Made by a program: the position numbers and the translations under genes
Shown: positions 24,486 to 35,652 of the stretch, piece after piece
Layout of the letters: each line of letters begins with the position of its first letter
Position numbering within the stretch: the first letter of the stretch is position 1
Assembly (NCBI GenBank): GCA_964106645.2
Contig: OZ067038.1
Strand: one strand, 5' to 3'
From: Podarcis pityusensis
Lineage: Eukaryota
Length of the DNA stretch: 64,000 nt
Notes under the pieces: generated by a model
The model's input: only the letters and a program-made list of their open reading frames with translations
Database searches by the model: none
What the model was told of the DNA's origin: nothing

Positions 24486-25070
24486 TATTTCTTCAAACAA
24501 ATGTGATCTATATTTTCCCAGCTTTAGTTGTGATATAGGATGTTAAATACCTACCCTAAAGTAGATAGAGACTATGAACCACCAATGTTTTGCTTCTCTC
24601 TGAACTGCAACCTTTAACCTAAGATATCTTCTGCTGCTATTTGCTCTGCTTGCTTTTGTAATATCCTTATGTCATGCTGACGGCGTGCTTCTATAGTTAT
24701 TGCTGAAACCATTATTGGCTGAACAATTCATTAATTTCCGATTCAGAATATAGATGTTTTTAAGTGGAACAGTTCTCCATGAAAGGTCATTTAATCCATG
24801 CTGATATTATCACTGTATGTAGTTTGCTTCTTGTCAGGAACTACCTTTAAGTCTATTTAGCAGTGTTTCGTTGCTAGTTAAGCATTTACCTAAAAGCAAA
24901 TACATTTAGTGGTCGTTCCTTCTTTAAAACCCTGCTCCCACCCTCTGCCAGCAATGGCTATTCTTTAATATATATTTTTAAGGACATAATCACCTCCCCC
25001 CCAGGTTCCATCCAAAATTATGGCACATTTGACTCTTACCTGTTCAACAGTTCTATTTACCCTGGGATTA

Positions 25071-25294
25071 CCGTATTTTTTGCTCTCTAAGACGCACCCG
25101 ACCACAAGACGCACCTAGTTTTTGGAGGAGGAAAACAAGGGAAAAAAAATTCTGTGCAGTGAAAGCAGCAATCCCTCTTGCTGTTCTTGCTTCTGTGATA
25201 GCTGCGCAGCCTGCATTCACTCCGTACGACGCACACACATTTCCCCTTACTTTTTAGGAGGGAAAAAGTGAGTCTTATAGAGCAAAAAATACGG
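25071..25294. mobile_element. Tc1/mariner-type MITE inserted in duplication copy A only
   Basis: 16-bp perfect TIR ccgtattttttgctct / agagcaaaaaatacgg, TA TSD at 25069-70 and 25295-96. Copy B has the empty site gggatta-tttcattg. Confidence 0.92.
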
Positions 25295-25426
25295 TATTTC
25301 ATTGTCTACTCTGTCTTACTTCTCACTGCACTCTTCTCATTTTTGTAACTTCATGTAACCATGCCTACTGCTATCTCCTCCCATCTCTGTTTCTCTCTCC
25401 TACCTCCTTCAAATTCTGTCCATCAG

Positions 25427-25546
25427 CCGGAAAAGACTCCATCTAGCAGCGTTCAATCTATGGATCAGTTTCCGGCCGATAATCCTAGCAATAGTGCGTT
25501 CGAGGTGGACTGGCCTGACCAGCCCACTGAGACTAAGATCAGCCAA
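25427..25546 (+). CDS. BIN1: BIN1 exon 16, copy a, PEKTPSSSVQSMDQFPADNPSNSAFEVDWPDQPTETKISQ
   Basis: Acceptor catcag, donor CAA|gtaagt, 120 nt, phase 0-0. Its position and AFEVDWP resemble human exon 16 (TFAVSWP). Whether this copy is spliced is unknown. Confidence 0.75.
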
Positions 25547-26050
25547 GTAAGTGAAAGTATTTGAAGTGATCATACATTTGAAATTGTCTTGTTCTGGCTG
25601 GTGTGCTCTAGCACAAGCCTGATTCAGTTGTTATTCTTTGGAATGCATTATGCTGGGGCAAATTTATGACCTTTTGCACCCAGCACTCTTCAAAAGGAAT
25701 TAGAATTTACCCATTCCCTAAGCACAATAGTAAAGCACATCTCCTTAACCGTTTATCTGAACTGGGGGGAAACTGGTGTGGTCTAGTGAGTAAAAGTAAT
25801 AGCTTGGCACGGAAATTCTAGAATTATTTTATCATTTGTTTTAGGGATTGGTGAGCAGCCGTGTACCCATAATAGAGATGCATTGCATCCCTTGAAGCTG
25901 AATGTTCAGAAAACATTGGAGGAGGGTTCTCTGAGTGTTCAACTTAATATTTGAAGGGTTCGATGCCAGCCCACCTCTGCCTGTTTCCCTCTCTCCCAAG
26001 GAAAAGGACTAACTGTGGGGAAGTCAGAATGGGTATCAGGTGGTGGGAGA

Positions 26051-27070
26051 GTGATGTAGAGAAACACTCTTTTATTTTCTTTTGGAATATTTACTGCTAA
26101 ACTGCCTAATAAAAATGCTTCCAGTTTCTTTACAAATGTATGTTTTAGCATTTTTTTTAGTTCCTCGTAAATCATGTCCCAATTTTTTTTAATTTGGGGA
26201 CAAGTCTGCCACTTGTGGAAAAAGGTTCCTATGGTTTGTTTACACCTCCAACACTTGTTACTATTGTTTTTATTAATTTTAGCTAATTTGGATGGGGTCA
26301 GGTACCATCTGTAGGTCATTTTCATAAACTTTTCTTTAATCAGATAGCACACTATAAATTTTAAATCTTTTTCCCCCATAATTCTTCCCATTTTTCCATT
26401 TCAATTGGGTAGCCGAAATGAGCTCACTTCACCATCACTTCCTTTACTTTTTCATCTTTCAAATAATAATAATCTATATGTTTTTGATAATGTCTTCCTA
26501 TTATTTAATATTAATTCTTTTTCTAGGTCTTACATCTTTATATCAAATCCATTTGTTTTTTAATGTAATTTAAAGATTTCATTTAGGTGGTAATATTGTA
26601 GCCAGTTCATCCCTGTCTGTTTAAGTTCTTCATACCCTTTAAGTTTTAATTGGTTATTTTCTTCTTCTAATATTTCTTTATAGGTGAGCCAATTAATTTC
26701 CATGTTTTTCTTTTTCACTGCTATTGCCTCTACTGGAGACAACCATCAAGGTTTTTTTTTGGGTTCCAATAGTTTATTTCTCCCCCATACTGTGAAAAGT
26801 GATCTCCTTCTTATATGGTTAAGGAATCCTCTGTGCATTTTAACTTTGTCATATCCGAGATAACCATGCCAGTCGAACCTATTGTCCCGGCCTTCAATGT
26901 CTAATATATTGGCATTTTTTAGTAGTATCCATTCTTTGAGCCATACTAAACATGCAGCCTCGTAATATAATTTAAAGCCTGGCAGCACGAACCCTCCTCT
27001 GTCTTTTACTTCCATTAACAGTTTAAACTTAATCCTTGGCTTTTTGCCCTGCCATATAAATCTAGCCAGG
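26051..27070 (-). mobile_element. L1-clade LINE ORF2 C-terminal fragment (frameshifted, no 3' tail)
   Basis: ORFs 26746-27135 (RFIWQGKKPRIK...GGFVLPGFKLYYEA), 26560-26742 and 25939-26391 (CWRC...FH..QTCP zinc knuckle) form an L1 post-RT region. Confidence 0.88.
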
Positions 27071-27183
27071 TCTAGGGGCAACTTTGCCTTCTGTTGCACC
27101 CCTTTCTCTTTCGTCTTGCTGCGCGTCTGTCTCAAGATGGCAGGAGCACAAACTACAACCTGACACTGAGCGTGCTAGTCTGG

Positions 27184-29166
27184 AAGTCTTTCTAGCAGTG
27201 TTTTGTTGCTAGTTAAGCATTTGCCTTCGTTAAATATTCTCAAAGCCATTGAGAGAGGGTATTCTGTAGATCCAGCTCTATGTTTTGTACAACAGCAAAA
27301 CAAGCTACCCTGGATGGGGTTGCGTAACCCACCCACAGCAAAAGACAATTCAATGAGACCTCGATGAGCATTGTGTTGAGGGTGTGTATAGGGAATGAAT
27401 ATTCAAATGCACACCTGCACCAGTTGTTCACACAGAAGTTTACTCTACAAGTTGATTTCCCATGCTATTTCCTCCTGAAGAGAGTCAGGGGTTGTGGATT
27501 GTGATACATATTGTGACATCAAAGACCCATATACTGGTGGGATGGGAAAGCCATTTTAGAATCAAACAGCCTGATATAAATGTAACTGATGCAGATATGG
27601 GCTGCCATAACTCAGAGAATCTGCTTTGCATGCAGAAGGTCTCAGTTTTCAATTCCCAGCATCTCCAGCTAGAGCAGGAAGAGACTGCTGTCTGAAACCC
27701 AGTCAGGGTAGACAATGGTGAGCTAGATGGCTTTCTATATTCTGATATTTTCCCCAGAAGGTGTTTGATCCAAAGACACAAAGAAGAGATAGGGGTTTTA
27801 ATCTTTATAATACGACTTTTGCAACAAAATAAGCTATACAGTTGAGAGTCCAAATAAAAGGACATGAATATTTTATGACATAAAATAAATTACCCCAAAT
27901 GTTATAAAATAAGATAAACCAAAATATCAGATAAGCTTGTTAAGTCCATACTCAAATTCACCTCACAGTTTCAGGCTTTAATTTAGCTCACTATAGATCA
28001 TATATCTATATCTATATACAGTATCTACATATCTGTCTGTATATATTTATATATACTGGTAGATATATATAGATATAGATATACATATTCTGTGACTGGA
28101 AAACCACAGCTTAAAAACAAATACATTTAGTGGTCTTTCCTTCTTTAAACCCTTGCTCCCACCCTCTGCCAGCAATGGTTATTCCTTTTATATATATTTT
28201 TAAAGGACATAATCACTTCCTTCTGTGTTATGGAATTAAATCTACTGAGAGGCTAAATTCAGTGACAAAATTCAAAATGTGGCCCCATTCCCATCTTCTG
28301 CAGCAGAGAAGGTGTCACTGAGACAGCTCAGCACTGCCTTTATGGATTTGGCAGTGCATAGAAGCAGTGAGGGAGAAAGCAAGAGGTACTTAATGATGTA
28401 GGAGGGATTTTTAGAAATATCCAGGGATGCCTTGACAAGGCTAAACCAGGACAGCATCCTCTGGAGAACGGTGCTGCCTGATGCTTGACACTGGCAGTCT
28501 TCCAGGGCAGTTCTACTTGCACTGCCTGTATCCATGGAAGCTCCATCTGCACCCTAACAATCCACTTCATCTCAAGGTGAACTACCCTGGTCAATAAATG
28601 GAGGCACTTTTGTCAGACCATTGGCTGCAGGGGTAATGTTGACCCCACTTTCCCCCCAGGATCCATCCAAAATTATGGCGCATTTGACTCTTACCTGTTC
28701 AGCAGTTCTATTTACCCTGGGATTATTTCATTGTCTACTCTGTCTTACTTCTCACTGCACTCTTCTCATTTTTGTATCTTCATGTAACCATGCCTACGAC
28801 TATCTCCTCCCATCTCTGTTTCTCTCTCCTCCCTCCTTCAAATTCCACCCATCAGCCGGAAAAGACTCCATCTAGCAGCGGTCAATCTATGGATCAGTTT
28901 CCGGCCGATAATCCTAGCAATAGTGCGTTCGAGGTGGACTGGCCTGACCAGCCCACTGAGACTAAGATCAGCCAAGTAAGTGAAAGTATTTGAAGTGATC
29001 ATACATTTGAAATTGTCTTGTTCTGGCTGGTGTGCTCTAGCACAAGCCTGACTCAGTTGTTATTCTTTGGAATGCATTAGGCTGGGGCAAATTTATGACC
29101 TCTTGCACCTAGCACTCTTCCAAAGGAATTAGAATTTACCCATTCCCTAGGCACGATAGTAAAGCA
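27184..29166 (+). repeat. Tandem segmental duplication, copy B (contains exon 16b)
   Basis: Homologous to 24849-25737. It carries ~885-nt and ~430-nt segments absent from copy A and lacks the MITE. Confidence 0.93.
28856..28975 (+). CDS. BIN1: BIN1 exon 16, copy b, PEKTPSSSGQSMDQFPADNPSNSAFEVDWPDQPTETKISQ
   Basis: Acceptor catcag, donor CAA|gtaagt, 120 nt, phase 0-0. It differs from copy a by one base (gtt/ggt, V/G). Confidence 0.8.
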
Positions 29167-29779
29167 GGGTATAAATAATAAATTATTATTATTATTATTA
29201 TTAATGAGAAGGGGCAGGCAGGCAGAGACTACAACCTCCCCTCCATCCAAACAAACAAAGGCTTACCCACCTACCACTCTGATAATTGTCTTTTCTTTGT
29301 GTTTTCCATGTAAGGAAGTTTTTTTAATATTTGATGCTTTGATGTGTTTTAATAGTCTGTTGGGAGCTGCCTAGTCAGATGGGCAGCATATAAATAATAG
29401 AATTATTATTAAGTTCATCAATTCCTAATTTGTTCAAGAGAGATTTTGCTGTTAGAAGTGTCAAATAAAGCAAGGGTTGCTATGTTCTGCTGCATGTGGG
29501 ATGGGAGTGAGGGGGAGAATTTTACCTAGGCATTGTTTATCCCGCATTGCTGAGTTTCCCTGTTGTCAGAATGCATACTGGTTCCTTGTGTGTGGCTTTG
29601 TTTCAGTGGAGTGTGGCCCACAATTATTTATACCAAGTGTGGAATATGTGTGTATTCTTTGGTATGATTCTCCTGAAATCATTGGAATAAGCTGGTGTGC
29701 TTTTAGTGAGATTTCGTTTTCTGCACACTGACAATAATGTTTTTGCAAAATTGGAGCATTTATCACTTAGCAAGTTTCA

Positions 29780-30215
29780 TTCCTACCCTACAAGAAAAAA
29801 GACTGCATTTTCTGGGGCTTGGTAGTCTAGAAAAAAGAAAATTAATGGGGAACATTTTGCAAGGTGTGGAGAAGCAGGATAGAGAGTACTGTGTGTCTCT
29901 CTCCCTCATCATACTTGGGATCACTTGACAATGTTGATGGGCAGAAGCCTTGAGACAGGTGCAGAATTATTAATACAAATTATTATTATTAAATACTTAT
30001 TCATACAATACACCATTAATTTGAGAAACCAATCAAGACTAGTCCTTGATTGTTATATGAAACCTCCAGGTTTAGAGATAGGATATCTCTGAATATTAGC
30101 TACTGGGGAGCAGCACTGGGAGGGGGCTAGGACCTGAATATACCGGTAGGTTTCCCATATTGGCTAATGGGAAACAGGATACCTGACACGATGGACTACT
30201 GGTCAGATCCAGTAA
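29780..30215 (+). mobile_element. CR1 LINE 3' fragment (old)
   Basis: Decayed translation EKRLHFLGLGSLEKRKLMG resembles CR1 ORF2 YEERLxxLGLFSLEKRRLRG. Confidence 0.6.
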
Positions 30216-30891
30216 GGAAGCTAAACAGAAATAGTTGCAGTTTCAATGTAAAATAATAGTGATTCCTAAAAGGGGTTTTTGAATTCCCTTTTAATAGACT
30301 CTCTCAGTCTTGTGCATCAGAGCATATCTATCCTGCATCATGTTGCCTTTATGTAGCATGTGGCTTTGTAAGAGCACTTACACAGTGCCTGTATCTTCTT
30401 TGCTCCTATATAGTTCAATATATAGCCAGTTCAGTTAGCTTTGTGCCACTTCCATTGTAGTGTTTCAACAAGAAGACTCTATAATGACTTCTCTGAAGAG
30501 GCCTATTAGGAATAGTGCCATCTTGGACAATGGCTTGTCAAGTTGTTTAGTGCAGAGATCCGTACTGGAAACCTTTTGAGAGCAACACTTGGATGTGATT
30601 TTACTTATCCTATATTGGCAATATGTAAGTTTCAATCAATGGTGGCAAGTGGCATATGCTCTTAAAGCCCTTGTAGACTAAAAGGAAATGTGACGTGTGT
30701 TCATTCATACACTGGGAGGTAGAATGGGCAGCTTTAATGATGTGCATAATATTCCTTTCTACATTACCTACCCACCTGTGCCACTGCCGTTTCCCTCATA
30801 CTCCACTATGTAGATAAATAATATACATTTGGGTCAGCTTGAAAATGACAAGCCCAGAAGAAAGCCTTATCTATTTCATTAATGGGTAGTG

Positions 30892-30892
<1 letters not shown>

Positions 30893-30935
<43 letters not shown>
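30893..30935. repeat. (ATT)n microsatellite
   Basis: Read directly; explains the poly-Ile in ORF 30882..31157. Confidence 0.95.
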
Positions 30936-30936
<1 letters not shown>

Positions 30937-31440
30937 TGCTAAAAAAGAATAATCATTATTGTTTATACCCCCATCGATTTGCATATTTTATTCTTCTGAA
31001 GAAAAGAAATGTTGGTAGCATCAACAAAGATTTCCCTGATCTTATCAGTTTCCCCAGAGATGTGGGGAAGGAAGCAGCCATGGTGTGGCTGCCCAAAGTC
31101 ATGGGAAAAAAGGAGGAAGGAAAAAATGTACTTCAGTTGCAAAGCTTCTGTTCATAGATGAAAGGGGGGGGGGGGAAGGCAGGAAGACAGAAATATGATC
31201 TGTATATCCACCATCCTTCAAGGCAATCGTTTTTTGAAACTTCATGTAAATGCATTGAAAACTGCACTTCTATCTTTAACAAATGAATGCAAATGGTAGG
31301 AGAGAAGCCAAAAATCACTTTAAATAGCATTTTGGAACTGTTCACCTCAGTAGGTGAACCTTTCAGCATGTCAGGTCCTCTGTTTCATAGGCTCCATTAT
31401 CAATCTTTTTTTGGTTTTAATCTCTGATAAATGTTTCTTA

Positions 31441-31752
31441 GCTTGCATTCACACGGCAGTTTATTTTGTTTTCCTGACATTTCCCTAACATAAATTTCTG
31501 CCTTATATTCCAGCTTTCACACAACGATAAAGACACTTCCAGAAACAGAGCGGAATGTAGCTTGAGTTTAGTGCTCATTTCTGCGTTATTTGCAAATGGA
31601 TTTTTTTTCTTCTAGAAATGAGTGCTAAACTTGTGTTATAGTCTGCTTTATTTCTGGAAACGGTTTTTATGTCACCTGAAAGTTAAAATATATGGCAGAA
31701 ATCAACTAGGAAACACAGGGAAAATATAATAAACTGCTGTGTGAATGCAGCC
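31441..31752. mobile_element. PIF/Harbinger-like palindromic MITE
   Basis: TIRs gcttgcattcacac..cagtttatt / aataaactg..gtgtgaatgcagcc, with TTA on both sides (31438-40 and 31753-55). Confidence 0.75.
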
Positions 31753-32421
31753 TTACTGTAAGATTGAGATGCATGCAATCCTATTGATTAACTGCTGAGA
31801 GGTAGGAAATTGGATGGGTTCTTACTAGTCTCTTCTTCAGTGGCCAGGTGGTGGCAGTCTTTGATAGCATTGATTCTCACTATATGCTGCTAACTCTGCA
31901 CAGCCTTATGTGGTATAACTGATCGGCAGGGTGTATGCCATCTTCATATCTGATCTGATGGTCTATTATTTTAACTGCTGCTGACTTAGAACGGTGAACT
32001 TGGTGACCAGTTGACCCTGGTCCAAAAGGCAGCTTCTGTTGTTCTGTTGTCATAAGGGTCTGCTGTTATTAGGAAGCGCACTGCCAGATTTCATCAGACT
32101 TTCCTTTCCAAGTCCTGCAAGCAGGAATTTTCTCAGCCACATTCAAACGTTTTACTCAAGGTGAAGTGCGTCAGTTTTTGAAGCTATGCAACTGTATGAA
32201 GAGATACAGCAGTTTTTCGCAGCCATAAAAGAAATGGTAGAAACTATGCAATCATGCAGAAGATAGAACCTTTTGGGCACACTGTTGGCTTATTTGGCAA
32301 AAGACAGGGTCAGCACTGGAAAACTTGAGAACATGAGGTTGTTTTCAAATGTGAGGTTTTAAATAGCTCTTGCTTCAAGCTGATTTGTAATGCAAATGCG
32401 AAACCTTTATTAGCTGGATCA

Positions 32422-33275
32422 TTTTCATAACCCAAGCTGCGCTTCGAAACCCCCAAACATACCCCCCCCCAAATGAAGATACACAGGATTTTAGTTTAAG
32501 TTAGTGGCAAAATTTAGGCCACAACTTTATTAAATACAGAATGTGAGTGGTATTGGCTTAGGCATTGGATTCACCCGACTATATCAGACTCCCATCTGCT
32601 TCGCAGGGAATCTGATAAAAGGGTGAAACACCGCCAGAGGGAGCCCTGCCAGTGAGGACCGACTTGAGCTCCCCCGGTGTCTCTGTGGGGTCCTGGTATG
32701 GCCCTAGCTCCTACCACGGGGTTTCGAACAAGACCCAGGCCAACCACTGATTCCTTTAATGGGATACCCTTAACCTTGGAGGGGCAGGTGATGGCCACCC
32801 CCCTCCCCACATATCACTGATCCAATGCCTAACTGCCAGACTTTACAAAGTTGTGACAATTGCTACGTGGTAGGCAAAAACCAAATGGCCATGCCAAATG
32901 GAAAAATTCCTACCAGGCCCCTGTTGCAAAACAGGTGACCAACGAAGTCCACAGCAAGGCCAAGTGCACCAAGATAAAGGGCGGGCGGGTGGGCGTTCCT
33001 CTGCGTGAAGGCAATGAGGACCAGCAAACAACACGCAGGGCATAAATAAAGTTTTACAGCCACCCCCTAAGCCACGCCATTGGCTTTAGGGTCCAGGAAA
33101 CATGCAAAACGACCAACCAGCGTGGAGCAGGGCATAGCCCTGCCAACCCCAGCAGATGGGAGATGCTTGGAGGCCCGATCGCAATGCGTACCCTCCATGA
33201 AGAGGATCCGATTTAACGCAAATAGTGCAGGAAACCCCTCAAAGGTGCGCCTCCTTTAAACTTGACTCATGAAAA
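32422..33275 (-). mobile_element. Putative solo LTR, copy 2 (same family as 10985-11947)
   Basis: Shares the blocks ggccacaactttatt..aatacag..gcttaggcattgg and ccaatgcctaac..tgctacgtggtaggc. Short terminal inverted repeat ttttcat/atgaaaa. Confidence 0.55.
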
Positions 33276-33616
33276 ATATCTGAGATGGGTGAGACTGACC
33301 CACATAGTGCAACCACAAAGACTTAATAAGCAGCCAACTCAATGAGCTCCAGGCTACATTCCAGCCCAGGGTCATTTACTCTTCCTCAAAGTGGTGCAGA
33401 TTGGATCTGTGCCAACACATGGACTTGGGATACCCAACTGGTGCCGATACCTGACTGTTTTAAGAGTGTGGGTGCTGCAGTCCAGCTAAGGACTCAGACT
33501 CCACTCAGCACTGAGCTGCAGATGCTCATAATTCTGGCAAGGCCTAAAGATGTGGCAGGTCATGCTCTCCTGGGCATGCTGGGGTTCCAGGAGTTTAACT
33601 GGCTTTTGTGTTGCAG

Positions 33617-33718
33617 CCCACAGAAGCCGCTCCTGCTGGTGCTGAGGCAGCTGGCAAAGAAGCAGCAGCAGCTGGAGCTGAAGCAGCTAAAACCGAAACT
33701 GACTCAGGATCTGCCTCA
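33617..33718 (+). CDS. BIN1: BIN1 exon 17 (MYC-binding region, alternative), PTEAAPAGAEAAGKEAAAAGAEAAKTETDSGSAS
   Basis: Acceptor ttgcag, donor TCA|gtaaga, 102 nt, phase 0-0. Ala/Glu-rich like human exon 17. Confidence 0.88.
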
Positions 33719-34727
33719 GTAAGACCATAGGCAAGGGAGAGGGGTGGTGGCGGTGGGATCTCTTTCTCCCATGTTGCTGGCACACAATATATAATCACTG
33801 TTTCACTTAACTCAGTCAGATGGGAGCCCGTCAAAGCGACACTGTTGTAGCTTCTGTTCTTCAAGTAGTACAGAATCCTTGATGGAGGGGCCCAATTTGC
33901 TGGGTTGTGACTGTTGAACAAAGCCCTTTAATTATCTGCAGGTGGTCTTCCAGAAGAAAAATGTCCCCTTTGATGCAAACAGCTAAGCATGTAGCAGCAG
34001 CAGTTGCAAGTGGTCTGAGTCAGAAAGAATATCTCCACTGTTCTCCCCAGTCCCAGTTAATCACCACCCTGGCTCTTTCATGTCATCCAACAGCCTTTGT
34101 TGCTCTGACAGATCCCTCCAGGCAAACCATGAAGGCTAAAAGCACAGAACCCTTTCTCATTTCCCCTCCCTAAGTTTTGATTCCACTTTCTCACCATGTC
34201 TGCCTCTGCTAAGAAATTTGGCCAGAGGCATCAAATTTGTTGCTCTTACAAGGTCACTGAGTTGTTAGTTCTTGTGCATGAAAATGATGCTGAGGACGTA
34301 GAGGTCAGAGGCCACCAAGAAGAAGACAGGTAGCAATTTCAGATCAAGGAAAGGAAAAAAAAAAATTTAGAAGAACTTCTGCCTCTTACTATGAACCTAT
34401 ATCTCCTCTCACCCTTGTGACAGACACCTGCTGTGTGTTCCATAATCTTTATACCACCCTGATTTTCCCTCTAATATTTGCCACTGTCTGTGATTCCCTT
34501 TTTAAAATTCCCATCTTGTCATGAGTCATTCTCTTCACCTTAATGGCTACTCTGGGCCATAAATTGTAACATCCATGTGGTGGAGGAAAAACACACAATA
34601 CATTGGCGTTGAATTTCTGAATAATGGGGTGAACCAGTTTAGTGCAGTGGGGTCTCATTTTGCCAAGTGTCTTGTTTCAAGTGTTCCTTGTTGTGTTTTC
34701 TTTGCCTCCCTTCACTGCTATGCTTAG

Positions 34728-34838
34728 AGCTCTCTGCCTGCTGTAGTTGTGGAGACCTTCCCAGCCACAGTCAATGGAACAGTTGAAAGTGGAGCCGCTT
34801 CTGAAAGGGCTGACATGCCACCAGGTTTCCTGTTTAAG
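34728..34838 (+). CDS. BIN1: BIN1 exon 18, [37 protein letters not shown]
   Basis: Acceptor gcttag, donor AAG|gtgagt, 111 nt. The N-terminal half is nearly identical to human. Confidence 0.97.
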
Positions 34839-35550
34839 GTGAGTGTGAGGAAGAACATTTACCTCAGCCGGGCACACATTCCACACCAATGTCCATTAAA
34901 ATGAATTTGTGTTTCCTTGTCAGTTAAGTGAAGAGTAAGGGCAAGCCAAAGGGAAGAGACAGGATCAAGCATCATTTAGTGCATCGAGAAACCTTGTGCA
35001 TGCTGCTACTCATAGTATGGGTGGCTTCCGACAAGTTAGGATCTGTTGTTTATGTTAGCCAAAAACATAGCCTTCATAGTAGCATAGAGGACTGTCACAA
35101 AAGATACATGAGCTGGACCATTTCTGTCCCCTTATAATTCAAAGTAATTCAAAGTACTGTCCCAGGCATCTCTTTTTCTAACTTATTTGGTGAAATAACC
35201 AAAAGAAAACAACCAGTTGTGTCTCCCCTCCTTTTACACCCTTCGGAGAAAATCATCCTACCATAGAGCTTCTCTGGTTCAAATTTATTTTATTTTTATT
35301 TATTAAATGTCTATAATGTCATTCGTTTAAGGATCACAGTGGGGCTTACAATATAAAAACACAGAAATACATAACATATTAGCAAACAAAACAATAACTT
35401 TGCAGGACAAGAGGAGGTGGGATAGCGGATAGATAATCATGTTCTCACTTGTCAGTTTGGGTAAAAGTGGGCAGGAGTTGTATGCATCACCCCTTCTTCA
35501 TGAAATGGACCAAGCTCTCTCCCTTCACTGGAGTCATTATTTCTTTGCAG

Positions 35551-35652
35551 GCACAAGCCATGCATGACTATGCAGCCACTGACAGTGATGAGCTACAACT
35601 GAAGGCTGGAGATGTTGTCCTGGTGATTCCATTTGACAACCCAGAGGAGCAG
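35551..35652 (+). CDS. BIN1: BIN1 exon 19 (SH3), [34 protein letters not shown]
   Basis: Acceptor ttgcag, donor CAG|gtaagg, 102 nt. Encodes the SH3 RT-loop; visible in ORF 35449. Confidence 0.97.

Larger units (their letters stand above)
24849..25737 (+). repeat. Tandem segmental duplication, copy A (contains exon 16a)
   Basis: Aligns to 27184-27226, 28112-28220 and 28651-29166. Confidence 0.95.
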
